From positions 40,868-104,867 of the forward strand of contig NIVC01003306.1 in NCBI GenBank assembly GCA_002269645.1: 64,000 nucleotides of DNA. The letters are read 5' to 3'. Positions within the stretch are counted from its first letter, which is position 1, and every line of letters starts with the position of its first letter. The notes under the pieces were generated by a model. The model ran no database searches, was not told the origin of the DNA, and saw only the letters and a program-made list of their open reading frames with translations. Positions 54,730-64,000 of the stretch are shown here, piece after piece. A program made the position numbers and the translations under genes. This DNA comes from Macrostomum lignano. Taxonomy: Eukaryota.

Positions 54730-55595
54730 TTTAAGCTTTGTTGTCGCATAGCTAGATTTGGCTTAGCAACAGCATAGCAACAAGCTAGATTTGGCTTAGC
54801 AACAGCATAGCAACAAGCTAGATTTGGCTTAGCAACAGTATAGCAAGAAGCTAGATTTGGCTTAGCAACAGTCATAGCAACAAGCTAGATTTGGCTTAGC
54901 AACAGTCATAGCAAGAAGCTAGATTTGGCTTAGCAACAGTCATAGCAAGAAGCTAGATTTTGGCTTAGCAACAGCATAGCAACAAGCTAGATTTGGCTTA
55001 GCAACAGTATAGCAACAAGCTAGATTTGGCTTAGCAACAGCATAGCAACAAGCTAGATTTGGCTTAGCAACAGTCATAGCAAGAAGCTAGATTTTGGCTT
55101 AGCAACAGCATAGCAACAAGCTAGATTTGGCTTAGCAACAGTATAGCAACAAGCTAGATTTGGCTTAGCAACAGTATAGCAACAAGCTAGATTTGGCTTA
55201 GCAACAGCATAGCAACAATGTAGATTTAGCTTAGCAACAGTCATAGCAACAAGCTAGATTTGGCTTAGCAACAGCATAGCAACAAGCTAGATTTGGCTTA
55301 GCAACAGCATAGCAACAAGCTAGATTTGGCTTAGCAACAGTCATAGCAAGAAGCTAGATTTTGGCTTAGCAACAGCATAGCAACAAGCTAGATTTGGCTT
55401 AGCAACAGTATAGCAACAAGCTAGATTTGGCTTAGCAACAGTATAGCAACAAGCTAGATTTGGCTTAGCAACAGCATAGCAACAAGGTAGATTTAGCTTA
55501 GCAACAGTCATAGCAACAAGCTAGATTTGGCTTAGCAACAGCATAGCAACAAGCTAGATTTGGCTTAGCAACAGCTTAGTAACAATCTATATTTT
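54730..55595. repeat. Minisatellite, 33-35 bp, ~25 copies
   Basis: AGCAACAGCATAGCAACAAGCTAGATTTGGCTT, downstream of the Suv4-20 stop codon. Confidence 0.95.
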
Positions 55596-56344
55596 GGCTT
55601 AGCAACTGCCGACAGTTTCAGGGCATCAGTGATCAAATTTTATTTCTTTATTCATATTTGATGGATAAAGTTATGTACCAGTTCTTGTTTGCCAGTAGTG
55701 CGTTCTTTTTACTATGTAGTTTTGACAGTTTACGGTCAGGAACTGAATACCGTAGCTGATTAGCAAATATTTTATTTTATAGCCTTTCTATGGCCAGTCA
55801 GCCTGTCTATATCAATTTAAATTAACAGATCCAGGCCAGTTGAAGTCCTTGGCTAAGAAAGTACTCCTTGTTGGTGCCAAGTCGCGCGCTGTCCGTGTCA
55901 ATGGATTGAAGACCCCCAGAGCTGGCATACTTTTCTGCTGTAGATTTCAGGTGAACATGCCGAGTTATACGCTCTCACATGCTACTTACAGTAATGCTTA
56001 TTATTGCAAACTCTGATTATACAATATTAGTAAACACTGCGATATTCGCGTCTGTACCATAATAATGCAGCTTAGAAATATACAAAAGATTTTCTCTGAG
56101 ACGATCGCAAGAGTGAATTTATTTGTTGAAAGCGCCAGAATGAGTGAATCAGTTTTAACAGAGGGAAAATATTATGCAAATCTATTGGGATACTAAATTT
56201 AGCACTGTCTCTCCAGGCTACACTGCATATCGATAAAAAATCGATAATTTTACCTGTCAAAAAGCGCATCAGATTTCAGTCCCGGCCAACTGGAGCTACA
56301 GGAGTTGAAATTGAAAAAAATATCGAGAAGTTGCTTTAAAAGAT

Positions 56345-56598
56345 ATTAAATAATGATAATAACTGATTACACCTGCCCTAATAGTGCAATCTGAAGGCTG
56401 CGTACGGCTGTTCACTCCAACGACTGGGGGGTCGCCACACACCTTCAATTACCTGTGCTAATTCCTGCATTATACAGCTGCGTGAACAAGCAATGCAGAG
56501 TTATTAGTGTCTTGCTCATGGACACAAATTGTTCCATTGGGATCGGGAATCGAACCCCCGACCTTCAAGTCCTGAGTACGACGCTCTGACCACTGGGT
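56345..56598 (-). mobile_element. Second tRNA-derived SINE family (CORE-like box)
   Basis: Minus strand reads AGTGGTCAGAGC (A-box region), GGTTCGATTCC B-box (56556-56546), then TGTGTCCATGAGCAAGACACT resembling the start of the CORE domain, and an AT-rich tail. No TSD was identified. Confidence 0.55.
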
Positions 56599-56735
56599 TT
56601 GTGTTCACAGCTGGAACTGGAATCCAATGCGTTTTTTGACAGAAATCTTAGTCTAAAAATGATCTTAAAGCTCAGAAGTCCAACTATCGACGAGATTGCA
56701 GTGCGAGCGTATTTAAAGTATAATACTGGCAAATT

Positions 56736-59700
56736 CTAGCCGGTCTGGATTCTCACAGCATCCTCTCCTCCATCATCATCGGTCCATTCTTCCTCGCCGT
56801 CGAGCAGCCGCTGCTGCTCCTCAGCCGCAGTTGCCGAGGCCCAGGGCTGCACCTGGGCGGAGCCGAAAGCCAGGTAGCCGAGGCAGCCGGCCAGCACGAT
56901 GCCGGCGCTCAGGTAGAACACCTTCAGCCAGTTGGAGCGCACACTGGCGTGGTTGGTGAAGCCGCCGACGATCACGGGGGCCACCATGCCCGGCACGGTT
57001 GCCAGGGTGTTGCTAAGGCCGTGCAGGGTGCCGGCGAAGCGCGGCGCCAGGTCCAGCTGGTTCGGCCCGAAGCCGCTGACGATGAAGCCGGACAGGCCGA
57101 CCGCGGCCGTCAGCACGGCGATGGCCGGGCCGCGGCGGCAGCCCAGGTGGCCGACCAGGGCGATGCCGGCCGCGCCGCCGACCGCGCCCAGCGCGATGCT
57201 CAGCTTGCGAATGGCCGTCACCCCCAGCCAGCCGCGGCTGCGGGCGGCGTCGGCCAGGAGAGCCGTCAGGTTGGAGGTCGCCCACAGGACGAGGTAGGGC
57301 AGGGCGGAGACCAGGCCGTCCTGCGGGGCGCGGATGCCGACGATGTGGAGGGTCGCTGTGCTGGGCGTGTGCATTTTTGGCGCCCTTTATTTCACTGGTT
57401 TTTAAGCCCCCCTCGCCTGTTTTAATGCGCTCACACCTGTTTTGGCACCCTCACACCTGTTTTGGCACCCTCACACCTGTTTTGGCACCCTCACACCTGT
57501 TTTGGCACCCTCACACCTGTTTTGGCACCCACCCTCACACCTGTTTTGGCACCCTCACACCTGTTTTGGCACCCTCACACCTGTTTTGGCACCCTCACAC
57601 CTGTTTTGGCACCCTCACACCTGTTTTGGCACCCTCACACCTGTTTTGGCACCCCTTACACCTGTTTTGGCACTCTCACACCTGTTTTGGTTGGCACCCC
57701 TTACACCTGTTTTGGTACCCTCACCTGTTGTGGCACACCTTACACCTGTTTTGGACCCCTCACACCTGTTTTGGCACCCCTTACACCTGTTTTGGTACCC
57801 TCACACCTGTTTTGGCACCCTCACACCTGTTTTGGTACCCTCAAACCTGTTTTGGCACCCCTTACACCTGTTTTGGTACCCTCACACTTGTTTTGGCACA
57901 CCTTACACCTGTTTTGGCACCCCTTACACCTGTTTTGGACCCCTCACACCTGTTTTGGCACCCCTTACACCTGTTTTGGTTGACACACCTCACACCTGTT
58001 TTGGTTGGCAACCCTTACACCTGTTTTGGCACCCTCACACCTGTTTTGGTTGGCACCCCTTACACCTGTTTTGGTACCCTCACACCTGTTGTGGCACACC
58101 TTAAACCTGTTTTGGCACCCTCACACCTGTTTTGGACCCCTAACACCTGTTTTGGCACCCTCACACCTGTTTTGGCACACCTTACACCTGTTTTGGCACA
58201 CCTTACACCTGTTTTGGACCCCTAACACCTGTTTTGGCACACCTTACACTTGTTTTGGACCCCTAACACCTGTTTTGGCACACCTTACACTTGTTTTGGA
58301 CCCCTAACACCTGTTTTGGCACACCTTACACCTGTTTTGGACCCCTAACACCTGTTTTGGCACACCTTACACCTGTTTTGGACCCCTAACACCTGTTTTG
58401 GCACACCTTACACTTGTTTTGGACCCCTAACACCTGTTTTGACACCCCTCACGCCCTCACGAATTGACAATATGACCTGTCTTTAAGCTTTCCGTGTAGA
58501 ACTCCTGTTTGCTCCGGTTTTCTGTCACTGCCTCTTGCTTGCTTTCCGGTAAATGGCAGACACTGACTACAAACGTTCGGTGCATTCGTGACTCACCTCG
58601 GTCAGCGGTATGCTCAGAACATCGGCAAAGAAGGTGGGCAGGCAGGTCAGCAGGGTGTAGAACTGCCAGTTGTAGGCCATGTGCATGCCGATCATGCTCA
58701 GCACCGGTCCAGAGGTCAGCATCGCCTTCAGCGGCACCGCGGCAAATCCGCGCTAGGAATGGCAATGATTTTCAAAGATTGTCTACTTGATAGTAAGAGT
58801 TAAGCTCATACATTTAGGCATAAAATAAAACTTGATTCTAATCATTTAGTAAATTTAGTTTAATTTTTGGCCTCACTCAGGCCAGGTAATTAGCGACATC
58901 CGCACTGCCCTGAAACTAGCAGTCACTTACGAGCGTATCTCTTATCTGTCACTTATCTGTCACTCATATCTTATCTGTTACTCTTATCTGTCACGTATCT
59001 CTTTTCTGTCACGTATCTCTTATCTGTCACTTATATCTGTCACTCATCTCTATCTGTCACTCTCCTATCTGTCACTCTCCTATCTGTCACTTGTCTCTTA
59101 TCTGTCACTTCTTCCATGTGTCACTTATCTCTTATCTGTCACGACATCTGTCACCCGTCTTTTATCTGTCACTCGTCTCTTATCTGTCACTCGTCTCTAA
59201 TCTGTCGCTTACTTTTATCTGCCAATTATACAATTTACAATTATTAAAACTCGCCATCTTAGTTTTCTCCCATATCTGTCACTTATCTCTTATTTGTCGC
59301 CTACTAAAATTCACCATGTTAATTTCAAGGACTACTCGAATACAATAAAAGGACGGGATTCGGGAAACGTTTATAAAAAAACTGGAGGCAGTTTTACCGA
59401 CAACGGGGACTTTTTCCCTTTATTCTGCACAAAAATTGGTTAATTAAGGAAGGCCCGGTGTTCATCTATCGATAGAGCACTCTGGGGTCCGCCTCCTATC
59501 AAAAGCAATAACAATTTTTGTGCTTTTCTCGGTAAAACCGGCCTCCTTAAAGTTTCCAAGAATCAATAGTTTACCGTGCTACTTGAGTAGTCCTTGGTTA
59601 TTTTTATCCCATATCTGCCGCGTATTTCTATCTGTCGCTCATGCAATTATTTAAACCATGTTAGCTGTCAGCCAAGCCAAGCAGATGAAGAAACGGATTA

Positions 59701-62278
59701 CCCTGTCAGCAGGCTGGCCGCCCCCGCGCACCAACACCTGGTGCTTGAGGCTCTCTTGAATGTAGGTCAGCTCCTCCCGGCTGATCCAGGGATTGGCGGC
59801 TGGCGAGCTGTGCGCCAGAATGCTCCAGGCGATGAACCATGCGATGCCGGATGCACCTGGAGTATGATAATCGTTTGCGAGCGTTGCTATGCGTGATTGC
59901 TGCTATTGGAACTGTTGCTATGCCGATGGCCCTGGGAACTCACCAAACGTGTAGAACACTGCTGGCCAGCCGCCAAGGAAATCGGTGGAGCACAGGTAGC
60001 CGCTGAGCGGCAGGCCAATCACCGTGCCCATGTGGCTGCCTGCTCGAGTAGGAATCATTTGGCGATTGGTTTCCTGTTAGTTGCTATGCGGATGATTGCT
60101 ACGCAACTGCGTAGTAACTGGGTTTTTACTAGTAGATGACTGCTACAGGGTATGCAGATGTTTGCTACGCGGATGATTGCTTTGCTGAGGGTTGCTATGC
60201 GGATTGCGGATGGTTGCTTTGCTAAGGGTTGCTATGCGGATGGTTACTTTGCTAAGGGTTGCTATGCGGATGGTTCCTTTGCTAACGGTTGTTATGCCTA
60301 TGCGGATGTTTGCTGTTGGTGGGGAATGGTGGTTGCTATGCGCATAGTAGCTACGCGGATAGTTGCTATATGGATAGTTGCTATGCGAATGGTTGCTATG
60401 CCGATGGTTGCTATGTTGATGGTTGCTATGCGGATGTTGCTATGCAAATGGTTGCTATGTTGATAGCTGCTACGAGGATGGTTGCTGTGCAGATGGTAGC
60501 TATGCGGATGGTTGCTATGAGGATGATTGCTATGTGGATGATAGCTATGCTGACGGTTGCTATGCGGGTGCTTAAGATAACTTTTAAACTTTCGCGTACC
60601 TGAAATGATGAAGACGGCCATGGTGGTTCTCTCGACCGGCGGCGCCCACTGGCTCAGCATGGCATTCAAGGAGGGAAACGTAACGCCCTGTCGAGATCGG
60701 GATGAACTTAGAGTTATGAGTACGGATTTTTGAAAAAAAATGCAGAAGTTCAGAGCCCTCGCTGACCTCGCCGACGCCCTCCAGCACGCGCAGGCAGATT
60801 AGGGCGGCCACGCCCCAGTGCGCAGCCAGGGGGGTCAGCAGCGTCAGGGCCGCGGTCCACAGAATGCCGATGCCGAGCACCCACTTGGCGCCGAAGCGCT
60901 CGGCCAGCAGGCCGCCGGGGATCTGCGTGACGATGTAGCCCCAGAAGAATGAGCCCAGAATCAGGCCCTGGGTCTGCTCGTCCCAGCTGAACTGCCCGGC
61001 CTGCGGGGCCAACGTCGGATCAGGGATGCACCGGTAGGGGGCAAAATGCATGGGGGGCAAAATGCATGGGAGGGGCAAAATGCACCGGTAGGGGGCAAAA
61101 TGCATGGGGGGGCAAAATGCATGGGGGGCAAAATGCATGGGGGGCAAAATGCATGGGGGAAATGCATGGGGGGGGCAAAATGCATGGGGGGGGCAAAATG
61201 CATGGGGGGGCAAAATGCATGGGGGGAAATGCATGGGGGGCAAAATGCATGGGGGGTAAAATGCATGGGGGGGCAAAATGCATGGGGTAAAATGCATGGG
61301 GGGCAAAATGCATGGGGGGGGGGTAAAATGCATGGGGGAAAATGCATGGGGGGTAAAATACATGGGGGAAAATGCATGGGGGGGGGGTAAAATGCATGGG
61401 GGAAAATGCATGGGGGGAAATGCATGGGGGGGGTAAAATGCATGGGGGAAAATGCATGGGGGGGGCAAAATGCATGGGGGGGCAAAATGCATGGGGGAAA
61501 ATGCATGGGGGGGTAAAATGCATGGGGGGAATGCATGGGGGGAATGCATGGGGGAAAATGCATGGGGGGAGGGTAAAATGCATGGGGTGGGGCAAAATGC
61601 ATGGGGGAAATGCATGGGGGGCAAAATGCATGGGGGGCAAAATGCATGGGGGGCAAAATGCATGGGGGGCAAAATGCATGGGGGGCAAAATGCATGGGGG
61701 CAAAATGCATGGGGGGCAAAATGCATGGGGGGGGCAAAATGCATGGGGGGCATAATGCATGGGGGGCAAAATGCATGGGGGCAAAATGCATGGGGGGGGC
61801 AAAATGCATGGGGGGCAAAATGCATGGGGGGGGGCAAAATGCATGGGGGGCAAAATGCATGGGGGCAAAATGCATGGGGGGCAAAATGCATGGGGGGCAA
61901 AATGCATGGGGGGCAAAATGCATGGGGCAAAATGCATGAGGGGCAAATGCATGGGGGGATGTATCGGGGGAGGTCAGAATGCATCAGTTGAGCAAAATAT
62001 GATGAACTCGAATAGCTTAGAAGCAACAAAAGAAATCGAGCCAAATCCCTCGGCTTACCCTCGCAGCCGATGTGTCATTTGAAGCAGAGTCAGGCGGGCA
62101 GACCTCGTCATCGCTGGGCGCTGGGCGATCGCTGATTCAAACTCGCAGGCGATATCCTCCCCGTTGCGTTTACCATGGCAACCAGAGCTACGCTGAGGTT
62201 CACGCGCAGCATGTACACGATGGCGAAGCCCATGAAGCTGAGCACGCATAGCAGAGCGCGCTGGCTGACCGCCATCAT
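56736..62278 (-). CDS. SLC17-family MFS anion transporter (sialin/VGLUT-like), 7 coding exons, ~510 aa; 1-nt excess in exon 1
   Basis: Exons: 62278-62059, 61000-60767, 60687-60600, 60039-59944, 59856-59702, 58752-58597 and 57320-56736. Motifs [39 protein letters not shown]|[41 protein letters not shown]. Exons 2-7 join in phase; exon 1 needs a 1-nt deletion near 62110-62140. The subfamily was not resolved. Confidence 0.88.
57425..58450. repeat. Intronic minisatellite, ~20-25 bp
   Basis: CACACCTGTTTTGGCACCCT and variants, in the last SLC17 intron. Confidence 0.95.
58940..59290. repeat. Degenerate TATCTGTCAC intronic repeat
   Basis: Many TTATCTGTCAC motifs with variable spacing. Confidence 0.8.
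60075..60570. repeat. Degenerate 15-bp intronic repeat
   Basis: GTTGCTATGCGGATG-type units. Confidence 0.85.
61030..61960. repeat. G-rich 15-17 bp intronic minisatellite
   Basis: GGGGG(G)CAAAATGCAT units with variable G-run length, in SLC17 intron 1. Confidence 0.95.
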
Positions 62279-63949
62279 TCGCTGTGTTGTGCTATCAGTG
62301 CTGTGCAGCTGAGCGAAGTACTCTGTGCACTAACATTAGTTTGCCTGACCTATTATTGCACTATTTTATAATGCTAAACTGAGTGTCTAATACTCGTACT
62401 TACTAAGCACAAGGCAAAGGTAAATAAATGCTATAAAATTGTTTCGAAAAGTCAAAGTGGTTTAGTGTTCTGTAACTGACTCCTGACCTGGCTCTGAACT
62501 GGTTTTGGTTAATAGGACGCACACACGCAACAACACTATCTATACACGCGAACCTCTCTCGTCTAGTCTAACCCAAAGAGCTGGGGGAGGGCCGACTCGT
62601 GTTTAATTGTGGCGGGCGGAGTTTCTTACCCGACCCCTCTGTTCCGCGACAACACCCCCCAATGTACATACTTCCCAAGTGTACATACAGTAATGAATGT
62701 ACACTATAGAGAAGTGTACAATTCTCTCTTGGTCGACGTTCTCCAATGCCCGCAGTGCTATGGCCAGATATTTTTTTATCAAATTAAAAGCTTAAAGTAC
62801 TGATTTTTTTTATCAGTTTTTAAACCTTAAGAAAAATACTTCAAACATATAATTTCGATTTTTTGCTGCTCCTGAAAGCAAAACAGAGTCTACTTTGGTC
62901 GCCCTCGAAAAATATTGTAATTGTAATTGTTCAATTAAAACAGCACCCTCAAAAGTTCAATCCTAACCTTAGCAATAGCATTCACTCGTATCAAGAACCA
63001 CGGCTAGTACATTCACATTCTGGGCTTCTAAAATTAAAGTAGTGCTTGTGCTTATTATATTAATGCTAATTATTCTTATACCTTTTGAGCTCGAGAAGAT
63101 TGATAAGAAACCCCCTCTCCAGTTCACAGTTGTATTTTTTCAAAGGACAATTCTTTCAATGAACTTTTGAACGCACCTCCAAGCAAACGCATGCAAGTCC
63201 CTGAAAATGAGTCCAGCAATAAAAACCATACTATTCTACTTGCAAACAGTAGCGTATCTAGAATTTAATTAGAAAGGAGAACATGCAGAAAAATCTGATA
63301 TGAATTTTCGCGTAAGCGGTCCCTAAATCAGCAATCAGATTGCACTTTATCCTGCCGACCGGAGCTGCATTTAAGAGACCAATTGAGATGCCAGAAATGC
63401 AAAGAAAGTCCGCAGTTAGCTTGAAATTAAGTTGCTCAACTCAATTTTTATTTTTTTATATTTTTTTGCGAAAGCGTCTGTGCTACAAGCTAAAACAACA
63501 TTAATTCGATTTTTTGTTTATTGATGAGGCAGCTTTGAGCTGCTGTCGGGAAACTGTACGAGTTAGCTCGTACTTTTTGTTGGCCTGCTGCAGGTTGCTG
63601 CAGTTTTAATGCTGGGAATTGGATCGATCGCTGCGATTTAGCGGCCGAAAGCGCTGCAGAAGACGAGTGAGAAAAGCTTTCTTTGCAGATGTCAGCAGCA
63701 GTTCCTGCATGATTCATGCGCGAAATTCAGGGCAGAACGTAATTGCCAAATGCTGGGCTGCAGCCACCGCAGGTCTTTGATGCCACTCTGCTCCCGCACC
63801 AGCGGGCTCATTGTTGACCAGAACCGTCTGGGAGCGAAGAGCAGATAAATTTTTTGTTCTGGGATTTGAAAGTGCAGACAGGAGTGACTAATGGGCTTTA
63901 TAGACAGCTTTAACATTTTATACAACTGTTGAATTCTCGGTTTCTGCTG

Positions 63950-63966
63950 TCCGTCTGTCTGTCTAT

Positions 63967-64000
<34 letters not shown>
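63950..64000. repeat. (TCTA)n microsatellite
   Basis: GTCT and ATCT tetranucleotide run continuing to the window edge. Confidence 0.9.

Noticed and set aside
57377-58307. Long Pro/His/Thr-rich ORFs
   Set aside because: Translation of an intronic minisatellite antisense to SLC17.
60584-62082. 486-aa and related Pro/His/Met or Gly-rich ORFs
   Set aside because: Read-through of the G-rich intron array. Only 61000-60767 and 60687-60600 are real exons.
63490-63925. Minus-strand ORFs near the window end
   Set aside because: No recognisable motif. They could be the tail or UTR of a gene outside the window, but this cannot be supported here.

Overview
Eukaryotic (invertebrate animal) genomic DNA with spliceosomal GT-AG introns. 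There are no prokaryotic features and no CRISPR array. GC-rich codons, short introns and minisatellite-filled introns suggest a free-living flatworm such as Macrostomum; this is inference and was not checked. Three host genes: a progranulin (minus strand, 8860-6272) with eight apparently identical 219-bp granulin repeats, a Suv4-20/KMT5 H4K20 methyltransferase (plus strand, 52345-54613) and an SLC17-family MFS anion transporter (minus strand, 62278-56736). The main structure is a 40.3-kb segment (10850-51148) bounded by a perfect 29-bp terminal inverted repeat and an exact 9-bp target-site duplication (ATTTCAAGG). It looks like one giant Mutator/Foldback (NOF-FB/Rehavkus-like) transposon. Its spliced gene can be rebuilt across 17 kb as Zn-finger + DDE transposase + repeat tract + Ulp1-type cysteine protease + PHD finger. 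That gene is broken by a 1-bp frameshift and by a very recent full-length Gypsy LTR retrotransposon inserted into a protease exon. The element also holds a foldback left arm, nested MITEs, a SINE, a Gypsy remnant, and a 9-kb two-unit satellite with a duplicated LINE fragment. Repeats at roughly 10-16 kb show directional C>T/G>A decay, including at CpA sites. All coordinates and alignments were derived by eye and may be off by a few bases; no database searches were run.
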